Positions 27,901 through 39,000 of a stretch of 64,000 nucleotides of DNA are shown here, one piece after another; position 1 is the stretch's first letter; every line of letters starts with the position of its first letter. This DNA comes from a virus. Lineage: Duplodnaviria > Caudoviricetes. The notes under the pieces were generated by a model. It had not been told where the DNA came from. It worked only from the letters and a program-made list of their open reading frames with translations, and did not search any database. A program made the translations under genes and the position numbers. The stretch lies in IMG/VR virus record IMGVR_UViG_3300024229_000651; one strand, written 5' to 3'.

Positions 27901-28162
27901 TTACATTAAGCATGGAGTCCATTTGCTTTAATTCTTTAGGCAAGTTCTTGGAACCTACCATATTAACCATATCAAAAAGAACATATTTTTTGGTATGATA
28001 ATCGTAGATGCCGATAGACTCTATACGTCTCCCTGATTGATGCATCAATTTAATGAACCGCGGGCCGAAGCCAGTGTTCGTTGTGTTCCCTTCAGCAATT
28101 TGAGCATTTACTCTATGCATTTTTGCAATAATGCTGTCAAATCGTTGCAAGACATGTTTCAT
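27893..28162 (-). CDS. Hypothetical protein (89 aa)
   Basis: First gene after the sigma70 promoter at 28218-28246; overlaps the next gene start. Confidence 0.65.
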   Translation of the reverse strand: MKHVLQRFDSIIAKMHRVNAQIAEGNTTNTGFGPRFIKLMHQSGRRIESIGIYDYHTKKYVLFDMVNMVGSKNLPKELKQMDSMLNVNG

Positions 28163-28217
28163 TTCGTGTAACCTTTTATTAGTGAATGAAAGAAATTAAG
28201 TTTGTCTACACTGTACT

Positions 28218-28246
28218 ATTATGTATGGAAACAGGCACAAAGTCAA
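28218..28246 (-). promoter_or_regulatory. Host sigma70-type promoter TTGACT-17-CATAAT
   Basis: -35 at 28241-28246, -10 at 28218-28223. Confidence 0.75.
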
Positions 28247-28275
28247 GTCTTTTTTTGGCTGTTTTATCATGCATA

Positions 28276-28307
28276 TTAAAACATGTTTTAACACTCGTGG
28301 ATAAATA
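28276..28307 (+). promoter_or_regulatory. Late promoter GATAAATA (28300-28307) with perfect palindrome TTAAAACATGTTTTAA (28276-28291)
   Basis: Read directly; ATG of the gp25-like gene at 28313. Confidence 0.8.
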
Positions 28308-28312
28308 CTAGT

Positions 28313-28690
28313 ATGGAACAAAATAGAATTTACACTGGGTTTAGTACTAAAGGTAAAGTCAGAGCACCCTATACACTGACCGATGCAGAGCTTATTAAAA
28401 CAGACATTGTTAACGAGCTGTTGACCCGTAAAGGGGAGCGTGTAATGAGACCTAATTACGGAACTACTATTCACGACATGATCATGAATCCGTTAGACGA
28501 TTTTGTTGTTGCAGAAGTAGAAGACGAAATTAAACGTATTGTGTCCAAAGACCCTAGAGTAGAGCTAGGCGATGTTTTTTTATCCGTGTTAGAACACACG
28601 ATCAGAGCAGATGTACAGCTCACAATTTTACCGTTTTTGGACCCAGACAGTCTATACGTAGAATATTTCCAAGAAGAGCTAGAGGTTTAA
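28313..28690 (+). CDS. gp25: Baseplate wedge subunit (gp25-like)
   Basis: LIKTDIVNELLTRKGERVMRPNYGT.I...DPRV motif. Confidence 0.9.
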   Translation: MEQNRIYTGFSTKGKVRAPYTLTDAELIKTDIVNELLTRKGERVMRPNYGTTIHDMIMNPLDDFVVAEVEDEIKRIVSKDPRVELGDVFLSVLEHTIRADVQLTILPFLDPDSLYVEYFQEELEV

Positions 28691-28691
28691 G

Positions 28692-31600
28692 ATGGCAGTT
28701 AATAGCAGACAGAATAACTTATTTGCGGCAGAAGATTGGGATGTAGCGTATAAAGCATACAGCCAAGTAAGTTTACAAGCATACGATTTTGATACTATTC
28801 GATCAGCAATGGTAACCTATATCAAAACAAACTTCCCAGAAAACTTCAATGACTATATTGAAAGTTCGGAATTTATTGCAATTATAGAATTGCTTGCATA
28901 TCTAGGTCAAAGTATTGCATTTAGAATGGATATTAACACCCGTGAAAACTTCCTAGAAACTGCAGAAAGACAAGACAGTGTTTACAAATTAGCTAGGCAG
29001 TTAGGGTACAATCCAAAAAGAAATATAGCTGCAAGCGGTCTACTGAAAGTCACAAGTATTAGTACAACAGAGCCGCTAGTTGACGGCGCAAACAATCCGC
29101 TTGGTAACAAAACAATTACATGGAACGATGCTAACAACCCTCAAGCATATGAGCAATTTGTAACTATAATGAACAGTGCATTCGGCAATGTCAACAGATT
29201 CAGTAAGCCTGTTAAGACTGGTAGTATTAACAGTATTGTTACGGACTTATATGAAATTAATACTCCAGTGTCCTCGCCCATTGCACATAAGTTTAAATCG
29301 CAAATAAACGGAGTGCAAAAAGATTTCGAACTAGTCAACGCAGATTTTGAAGACAACGATAAAATTTATGAAAAGCATCCAGATCCCACAAACAGATTTG
29401 GAATAATCCACAGGAATGATGGCTTGGGATTATCTAGTAAAAATAATGGCTTCTTTTTTATGTTTAAACAAGGGATATTACAGACACAGGATTTTGTGTT
29501 TGATGTTCCTGTAGAAAATCGTTTCCAAGATATAACAACTGATAATATAAATGAGACTGATGTATATCTACAACAACTCAGTGAGGTAACTGGATTACCA
29601 AATGCCAAATGGGAACGAATACCAAATACAGTAGGGCAAACATTGCAGTTTAATACACTTGCAAAGGACAGCTCTTTATTATATGCCGTGCAGAACTTAG
29701 GTCCAGGCGGAATTAGATTACAGTTTGCAGACGGTAACTTTGCAAGTGTACCTGTGGGAAATTACAGGTTTCACTATAGGGTTAGTGATAGTCAGCGATA
29801 TATTATAAATCCTGATGATATAGGAAATGTAATTACAAATATACCGTACATAAATGAGCGTGGCGAACAGTTTGTTTTATCTGTAACTATGCGACTAGCT
29901 GAGTCAGTTAATAACAGCCTGCCAAAGGAAACAATAGCAGGAATAAAAGAACGTGCCCCACAAGCATTCTACGCACAAGACAGAATGGTGTCTGCTCAAG
30001 ACTACCAAGTATTACCACAAGCAAAGAATATAAACATTGCTAAAATTAAAGTAACAAACAAAACACATGCAGGACACAGTCGATTTATAGATATCACTGA
30101 TCCTACATCAACTTTTCAGACAACATCTGTAGTGGCTGATGACGGACTTTTATACAAGGAAGACGTCACAATTAGTAAAGATTTTGTGATAGATAAAAAC
30201 AATACAGCACAGGAACAAATAGAAAAGATTTTCCCTAACTTCCTAAGAACGCTAGAGTTGAACGATTTTGTTTATTCGACCTTCAGATCTGACTGGATGG
30301 CTAAAGAACCAAACAGATTTAATCTAGCATTGTTCAACGTAACGTGGCAAACATTACCTAAGACTCCTTCCAGCGAGACGGGGTACATGACTGAAACTAT
30401 TACACAAGGCGGCACTATTTCAGATGTTAATAATACTAATCCTACACTAAAAGTTATACAAGCAGGCAACCTTATAAAATTCGTTGATCCTACTGACGCA
30501 ACAAACTTTAAATGGGTTAAGATAATTAGCATCAGAGATAACGGTAGACGCATTAGTAAAAGTTCGAATATTATTGGTCCTTTTACACTTAGTGAATCAG
30601 TAGATACAGGATGGCTAGGCACAGAAGTTATTGCAACATTGAGAAAACTATTCTTTGAAGCAGAAGCCCAAGCTATTAGCGATCGCATTAAGGCTAAGGA
30701 AACGTTTGGCGTAGGCTATAATTCTAGCAGTAATTATTTCTATGTAATAACAAATAACGACATAAATGTAGATGACCCGTTTGACTCTGGTACAGCAGAG
30801 GACAAGTCAGGCAACAATCGAGACAAAACATGGTTATTAAAATTCTCCTATGTTCCTGTAGACGCATTAAGTTATCTTTACGAAGTAGAAATTAGAGGAA
30901 TTAGATATATTTTCGAAAGTTACGAGAAAGTGAGATTTTATAACATAAATCAAAACAGAGTGGTAGACAGTTTTACCGGTTTAGCAAAATACGACACGGT
31001 AGAACTATCCACACTTAATACTCGCGATTCTTCCGACGAAACATTTGAGTGGAGAGACACCACTCAAAACGGTTCAGGCGACTCATGGTATAGTATTGAT
31101 GTAGGACAAGGATTTGACAACTTACCATTGAAGAATAGAGCGACAACATTTGACCAAGTAACAGTAGATGTGCATTCTAACTTCGGGCTTTTTAAAGGCG
31201 GCGATAGCAGTACAAATACGTTTGTGCAAAATGCTACAATATCTCTAGGTACAGATTTCGACACAGGCGATATCAACAGTAATACAAATGTTATCATAGC
31301 AAATAATACTGGTGTAGTACACAGTATTCCTAAAAACTTAAATGTTAATTTTACTAATACCACGTTTGGTATCAATATATTGAATAACAATGGCGAGATT
31401 GAATACAAATACGAAGGAAACGTTTTTTATGCTGCCGCTAATGGATCTGCTAACGGACATATAACACTAACAGATGTTAACGTGTCCGCACAAACAGGTA
31501 CGATCAATGTCAATGACTTTAGAACTAACAGACATTTTGCCCTTGACAGCAGCGGAGTAGCAAGCAAGGATACTGTTATAATAACATATTTAACTAATAA

Positions 31601-33080
31601 AGAAAAGCTCGATGCTCCAATCATTTGGAGTGCAGTTGGTAACTTTAGGTATGCCGATGGTTATACAGATCCAAGAAAAATACAAGTAACACCATATAAC
31701 AGTACCGGTGACGATAGCCCAGATCGCCCGACACAGTTCAATGAGTTTGTTGGCCCAAATGATCTAGTCTTATTTGAAGACGTGCCTACGTTCGATGGTT
31801 ATACTATTACTCGTCCTGTAAAAGATAATATTTTAGATTTACGAAGAGAAAATAGTATTAACTTTAATTCACTATTTACAAAAATTGCAGGTACGTCAAC
31901 TGGTGACGCAACGACAGATTTTGGCACGGTATACGATGTAGATAATTACGAATATTTCCTTGTAAAGGACGACACAGTTGTCGCACAGTTTGATAATCAA
32001 GTTGGTCGAATGCATAACAAAAAAGTATACTCGGCAGCTTCTGGAAAAGTATTCCAATTGTCTTACAGTAGTACAAATTTAAATGTGGTCAAGCATTATG
32101 GTAGTTCTTCGCATACTGCAAAAATAGGAAAAAGTTTTACACAAAATACTCTTAGTAGTAACCTCGAGGATGTGTATTTCAAATGGCAGCACAATGTAGA
32201 CAACAGTGTTAGAATAGATCCTAGTATCAGTAATGTACAGGAACTGTTTGTATTAACAGAAACTTATTATAATGAAGTTTTAACTTACCTAAACGTTCCT
32301 GGGACTCCATGGCCAACTGAACCTACAACGACACAACTTGCAACAGAATTTCAAAATCTAGAAGATATTAAAGCGGCAAGTGATCAGTTAATATTTAGAA
32401 GCGGAAGATTTAAACTGTTGTTCGGCGACGATGCCGCGTCTGAATTGCAAGCAACATTTAAAGTTGTTAGATTAGCAGGATCTACATTAAGTGATAACGA
32501 GATTAAATCCAAAGTAATCAGTTCTATCAATGCATATTTTGATATTAGCAATTGGGAATTCGGCGACACATTTTATTTTACAGAGTTAAGTAGCTTTATA
32601 CACCAGCAAGTAGGTAACGCTATTGGCAGTATTGTTATTGTGCCTAGGAAAGCGGGTAGTGTGTTCGGCGATCTTTTCCAAGTTAAGGCAGACCCAGACG
32701 AACTGTTTATTAGTACTGCCGCTGTTGATGATATTCAAATTGTAGATAAGATAACGAAGTCAAATCTTAAAAGTCCTCTAGCACAAGGAACATTCTCTAC
32801 TTACGAAAATCCCGGTGCTGATGTTGGTCCATATGCTATTAATGGATATTATCCGCTGTATTCAACTACAACGGCAGCTGAATTTTATGGTAGTGGAACA
32901 TACCATACACATGAATTTTTTGGAAAAACATTTTATATGCCAGACGGCATAGAAAACTTCCACGGAAATTATGTGGTTGAAGTTGGCGTAGCAGGCTCAG
33001 GCACAACTACTAAACAAAATGTTACCAATAACACTATACCAAATAGTGCAACAAATAACTCAAGCGGTGGAACGTATTAA
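28692..33080 (+). CDS. gp6: Baseplate wedge protein (gp6-like, 1462 aa)
   Basis: YDFDTIRSAM..YI...FPE.FNDYIESSEF, LARQLGYNPKR, QDRMVSAQDY and INAYFDISNWEFGDTFYFTEL; follows gp25. Confidence 0.85.
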   Translation: MAVNSRQNNLFAAEDWDVAYKAYSQVSLQAYDFDTIRSAMVTYIKTNFPENFNDYIESSEFIAIIELLAYLGQSIAFRMDINTRENFLETAERQDSVYKLARQLGYNPKRNIAASGLLKVTSISTTEPLVDGANNPLGNKTITWNDANNPQAYEQFVTIMNSAFGNVNRFSKPVKTGSINSIVTDLYEINTPVSSPIAHKFKSQINGVQKDFELVNADFEDNDKIYEKHPDPTNRFGIIHRNDGLGLSSKNNGFFFMFKQGILQTQDFVFDVPVENRFQDITTDNINETDVYLQQLSEVTGLPNAKWERIPNTVGQTLQFNTLAKDSSLLYAVQNLGPGGIRLQFADGNFASVPVGNYRFHYRVSDSQRYIINPDDIGNVITNIPYINERGEQFVLSVTMRLAESVNNSLPKETIAGIKERAPQAFYAQDRMVSAQDYQVLPQAKNINIAKIKVTNKTHAGHSRFIDITDPTSTFQTTSVVADDGLLYKEDVTISKDFVIDKNNTAQEQIEKIFPNFLRTLELNDFVYSTFRSDWMAKEPNRFNLALFNVTWQTLPKTPSSETGYMTETITQGGTISDVNNTNPTLKVIQAGNLIKFVDPTDATNFKWVKIISIRDNGRRISKSSNIIGPFTLSESVDTGWLGTEVIATLRKLFFEAEAQAISDRIKAKETFGVGYNSSSNYFYVITNNDINVDDPFDSGTAEDKSGNNRDKTWLLKFSYVPVDALSYLYEVEIRGIRYIFESYEKVRFYNINQNRVVDSFTGLAKYDTVELSTLNTRDSSDETFEWRDTTQNGSGDSWYSIDVGQGFDNLPLKNRATTFDQVTVDVHSNFGLFKGGDSSTNTFVQNATISLGTDFDTGDINSNTNVIIANNTGVVHSIPKNLNVNFTNTTFGINILNNNGEIEYKYEGNVFYAAANGSANGHITLTDVNVSAQTGTINVNDFRTNRHFALDSSGVASKDTVIITYLTNKEKLDAPIIWSAVGNFRYADGYTDPRKIQVTPYNSTGDDSPDRPTQFNEFVGPNDLVLFEDVPTFDGYTITRPVKDNILDLRRENSINFNSLFTKIAGTSTGDATTDFGTVYDVDNYEYFLVKDDTVVAQFDNQVGRMHNKKVYSAASGKVFQLSYSSTNLNVVKHYGSSSHTAKIGKSFTQNTLSSNLEDVYFKWQHNVDNSVRIDPSISNVQELFVLTETYYNEVLTYLNVPGTPWPTEPTTTQLATEFQNLEDIKAASDQLIFRSGRFKLLFGDDAASELQATFKVVRLAGSTLSDNEIKSKVISSINAYFDISNWEFGDTFYFTELSSFIHQQVGNAIGSIVIVPRKAGSVFGDLFQVKADPDELFISTAAVDDIQIVDKITKSNLKSPLAQGTFSTYENPGADVGPYAINGYYPLYSTTTAAEFYGSGTYHTHEFFGKTFYMPDGIENFHGNYVVEVGVAGSGTTTKQNVTNNTIPNSATNNSSGGTY

Positions 33081-36000
33081 TGGCCGATAAAAAATATACT
33101 AAATTACCAGGAGTACACCAAACTCCTGTAATCAAGAATTTCTTTGAAACTACAGTTGAGCAATTATTTTCAAAATCGAAAATAGATTCAATATCAGGTT
33201 ATGTTGGGCGTAAGGATGTATCTTTATACGAATTTAAAGATACATATATTACCCAGCCAGACGCAGCCAGAGATAAGTTCAGTTTAGAACCAGTTGTAAA
33301 TACACTGGAGCCTGTAACTGGCGCAACCACTAATAGGGTGTTCTGGAGTGACTTTGTAAATATTTTAAAGAGCTACGGAGTGGACACAACAAATCAAAAT
33401 CCTATTTTTGATTCTACTTTCTATTCTTTCCTGCCGCCTATAAACATCGATAAGTTTATCAACTATCAGGAGTATTTTTGGAGTCCGCAAGGTCCTACAG
33501 CTATACTAATCGAAGGTACTGGCGAAAACTTTATCAATGTTGATAAGGATATAATTGGTAAAAAAACTTATACCTCACCATCAGGCGTTGTATTTAGAAA
33601 CGGCATGGTTGTTTCTTTTGTGGGAGACTTTGTAATACCCCAAACACGCATTAATGCGAGATATGTTATCGAGGGCGTAGGCTCCAATATTATTTTACAT
33701 GACAAAGATCAGAACTATGCTACATCATTTAGTACAGAAGATTTTATACCGTTCGACCAAACAATTATTGACTCAACAGATGAGCTCATAGCTACAACCA
33801 CAGACCCTGCAGATACAAGATTTTTAAGTGGCGGGTTGATAGGTGTAAACAACTACCGTTATTATGCTTCAAACGGACAAGAATTTTTGTTTAGTAGTTT
33901 GGATCAAACTGATGCAGATACTGGCGGATTCATGTGGTCCGATTTTGTTGCGCCAGCCGGCTCACCATTAATATACACTGTTGGCGGCGAAGGAGCATTT
34001 GACGTAGATCCTTACGATAGTGGTAATACGCAAACTGTACCCGACTATATAATGATGCAACGTGGTGCGATAGACAACAATGTCTGGTCCAGAATTAACT
34101 TTTGGCACCATAGACAAAACTTTATCGACGCTGGCGACTTGCTACCAGAAAAAGAGAATAGAGCTATACGTCCTATTATCGAATTCGACAGAAACATAGA
34201 ATTATATAATTTTGGTAAATCGGGTATAACATCGGTAGAGATTGCTGCATTTGATACTACTTTACAGGAAGTATTAGGCAGACCAATTGGCGCATCTGTT
34301 GATAGTGTGTCTATGTCAGTAGGCGCTAGGATGATATTCCCTAATGCAGATGAAGACATATCTCCGTATATCTACGAAGTAGTAGAAAGTACACAATCTA
34401 CAATAGCACAATCAGTAACGAATACAAATATAATTGAACTATCTGAAGAAAATCCTGATGTATATATAGGCGCAAAAGTAACTTCAGTAGACCCTAACTC
34501 TCCAATTTCATCAACAACTGTGGAAAGCATAGACGGTACTACTATCACACTAGATAACAATGTTACTGTAAGCCTAGGCACAGAATTAATATTCTCAGAC
34601 AGAGTTATACTAAAAAGAATTTCCGATCCTAGAAGTACAGTAGTATTACTGGAAGGTGCTCCCGACTTTGCACCATACACCCCACAAAACTTTGATATTA
34701 TCAGTGTTAAATTTGGATCTAAAAAGCAAGGTGCTGAATATTACTGGCAAAATGATTCCATGTCTTGGGTACAAGGACAAGGCAAAAACAAGGTTAACAC
34801 ACCTATAAACTTTAATGTTTATGATCAAAACAAAAACAGTTTAAGTGACCAATTAATATACCCCGGCACAAGTTGTAACGGTAATAACATATTTGGATAC
34901 ACTACAGCTGGTAGTAATTTAGTTGTTGACCCAGTATTAGGGTTCACGATGCAATATGAGAACTTTAACAATTTTAGCGAAATATCATATACCAACTTTT
35001 TAGATAATAGTACTATAAGCTATATTCCGTTTGGATCAAACGAGACCGCATACGTTAGTGGTTACAAATATTACAAAAAAATAGATAGTGATGGCAATAT
35101 ACTTTTTGATACCATGTGGAGACAGCAGGATAAAAAACATGCCTTGCGTGTCGAAGATAGACATATCGTTAATGAGACTGATGTATCTTCTAATAGGGTT
35201 TTTGTAAAGATATCTGCAAAGCCTAAAAATGCAGAACAAAGCATGCGTGTTTATGTCAATGGAAGCCGAACTACAAACTTTTCTTACGAAGCTGATACAA
35301 ATTCTGTTGTTTTTGTAAACTACGAGTTTAAATTAAACGACATTATAGATGTGTACACACATACATCTAGCGGCATATTGCAAGAAGAAACACTAAACGG
35401 CATGTACGATATTCCATTAAGTTGGCACAGTAATTTTCTTAATAATGATATCGTAACTATTTCGAGCCCACAGTTTACAGAGCATTTTTATAATTTAATT
35501 AAAGATCAGGAAGACTTTTCCGGAGATGCGTTTGGTTCAAGCAACATTAACGAATTAAATGTTGACACATATTGGGCACAGAAGATTGTACAAACAGACG
35601 AGGATTTAGCAACGGCTGCGTTCTTGTTCAGTAACGACTCATTTAACTTAAAAGATGCGATGGAATATTCCGGAGACGAATATGTTAAGTTTAAAAACCG
35701 ATTAACAACAGAAATAGAAAAATTTATTAATGATAACGATGTGTCGGACTTATCGATCGGTGAATGCTTAGAATTTGTTTTAGACGGTACAAGCCTGTAC
35801 AGTCAAGGAAAGAATGTTTTTGCCGATACATATATGTTGGCACACGGTGATAAGAAAATTAGAGAACAAATTACTGTTAATAACGTGTTAAGAAAAGAAT
35901 ATGTATTAAACGGCTTTGTTGATATTACTAAAATAGAAAATACAGTATACGTGTACGATGCATCTAGTACTAGTAAAGACACGCTATTGATCGCTGACAA

Positions 36001-39000
36001 AGATTACAAAATAACTTCAGCTGGCGGCATAATAACTGTAACATTTACAGACGATTATGTTTTAACATTAGGCAACACTCTTACGTTTGATATTTACGAC
36101 AATGTTAGAGATACAGTTAATATACCTCCAACGCCTAGTACACTAGGGATATATCCAGTTTACGAACCTGCTGTTATAACAGACAACACGTTCCAAACAC
36201 CGATGACTTTTATAGTTGGCCATGATGGGAGCAAAACCCTAGCAACGAATGATGTATACGATCAAATATTGATGGAGTTTGAGATTCGTGTTTATAACAA
36301 CATAATGCAAACTTACAGAGATCGTATAAGTGATTTAGAATTAAACTTTACAGAAATAACAGATGGATATTTTAGAAAGATAGGACGCCCACGTGAGCGA
36401 ATCTATAATTTGCTAAGACCTAGTTTTAATAAATTTGTAAACACTAACAATTTAGATTATTTTGCAAACGATTTCTATGATTCAGACAACGAGTTGACAT
36501 GGAACTATGATCAAGGAAATGAGAATCCAGGACATTGGAGAGGGTTGTTTGCATATTTGTACGATACGGAAACCCCACATACAACACCGTGGGAGATGCT
36601 AGGTTTCACGTCCAAGCCAAGTTGGTGGGAATCCGAGTACGGAGTTGATTATAATTTAACTAATATTTTGCTATGGGAAGACTTAGAGAACGGGATCATT
36701 CGTCAAGGTGATAGAGAAAATATAACAAACAACAAATACTTAAAAACCGATAATAGTTATAGAAGAATAGGACTATCTAATGTTTATCCTATATCCGAGA
36801 CCGGAGAATTATTATCACCATTTAAAATACTTTCAACTAAAAATACAAATAAAGTATTAGAATGGGTCAATACTACAACAGGCACAGCCTCACTAGGCAT
36901 AGGAGATTCATTTAGTTCCGATGCAGCTGGTTTGGGTGTTGCAGAATATACTGGCGTAGATACAGCACTAAACATATCATCGCAGGGTATAATTAATCAT
37001 GCAGTTGGTGAATTTCCTAATAGTCACAATAATAACCAGATAGAAATTAGACCTAGATTCTATACAATACCAGTATATACTGGAACAACAACGCAATTAG
37101 GTAATGCAGCACAGCGAGCATCGCATTTTACTAGTGCTACATCCATCGGCACCGGCGCAATAGGTGTTGCAGTAAATGGTGCAGTAATAACGTCACCAGA
37201 TTACAATTTACCGCATGAATTGGATACATCGCTTCATTATAATTCAGGATATTCAAATAGACAGGGCAGAGATAGTGCAAATGGGTGCCCTGATAGTAAC
37301 GGCACTTACGGATATATTCAACCTGACTCTGCTGTAACAGGTCCGCAGTCTGCAGACGAGCACTCGCCAATAGTGGGCTGGGCGTTTGATGGACTGCCAA
37401 TTTACGGACCTTACGGATATCATGACCGTCTGAACAATAACAGTGATATTAGGCGATTAACAACTAGTTACATGCTAAAGCAAGGTACCAGAGACAGTGT
37501 TGTTGGCGGCATATACAGCGGCGAGTTCCTAGAAGATTACGAATATGTGGATAGTGAAGGCGACCTAGACCAATTCAACGGAAGATGGGGCAAAACTCCA
37601 GAGTTTCCTAACGGCACTTATTACTATGTTGCAACAGTCGATGATGCCGGTCAGCCGCAATATCCGTATACTATAGGTCCTAAATTCGCACAACAGCCGC
37701 TCGAGCTAGGTATGAATAGATTGGGAATTGCTACTTCAGATACAGTTAATACTCCGGTATATAGAGTAACTAGTGAGAAGACAGCAACATTTAAAATATT
37801 AAATGAAACTGATTTATCAAGTGGTTGGAGGTTCGGAGACGGTGCTCCTGTCGAACAAGCATGGAAAATGACTTCTGCTTATCCGTTTGCAGTAGCACAA
37901 GCATTGCTTCTTTCTAAGCCTGGTAAATTTGTGTCTGCGTTCAGCAAGCCGCAAAATATTACAATTGCGCAAGCAAATACCAAGCAGGTAATAGACAAAG
38001 ATACAAATAGACGTTTCAAGATACAGTCAACCTCTATACATGGTAATAGAGACGACAACGGCAAATTAATAACAGCAACCGGTTTTACACAATTTATCGA
38101 TTGCTATCTAAAGTTTCGTGGCTTATCCACAGCAAAAGAATTTGTCCCAGCATTCAGAACAATTAACAGTAAGCTCGGACACAAGTTTGCAGGATTTGTC
38201 GATAAAGATACTATGACCGTATATAGTGATAGCTATAGTACAACTGGCAATAGTTCTAGTTTAATACTACCTCAAGAAGATGTGGAAATTGACATACATC
38301 AAAGTCCATACTCTAGTACAAACGATTATACTGGTGTGTATATTACGTTAACAGATCGGAAAACATATAAGGTATCCGGTTATAATAACATTAAGCGATT
38401 TTTTGAGATAGAAGAAAGTAACACGTCAGGTCCTAGGCAAGACGTTAGTGTCGCTGGAGCTCCGGCTGAATCTACTAACTACGAATCTGCTAACTTTTAT
38501 TCTGCTAATGTTATAGTAAAATCTGGTTACAATTTTTATAGGTCAAAGACAGCTGCGCCAAAAGGCAGCAGTATCACAGACACAACAATTTGGCAAAGAT
38601 TACCAGCATTACCAACAGTTGGTGGTGCAGAAGCAACACTGTATTTGCAAGGCACAGGAAAAATACTACAAGTAGAATACGATACAGAGTTTACAACAGA
38701 AGCAGAACTGTATGACTTTTTAATTAGCCTAGGCCGAAGACAAAAAGCACTAGGATTTAGTTTTGGCGAATTCAACGTTGAAATAAACGATTTGAACGAT
38801 TGGGCATATTCTGCAAAACAGTTTTTGTTTTGGAGTGCAGGTAAGTGGGCAACAGGTAATACATTAAGTTTGAGCCCATCTGCGACACGTATATTCTTTA
38901 AAGCACAGACAGGCAGAGTTAGTAAAATCTTTGATGTAGACCAAGGTCAATACAGCATAGTTGACCAAGAAGGTAAGTCTATACGTGCAGAACAGTGCGA

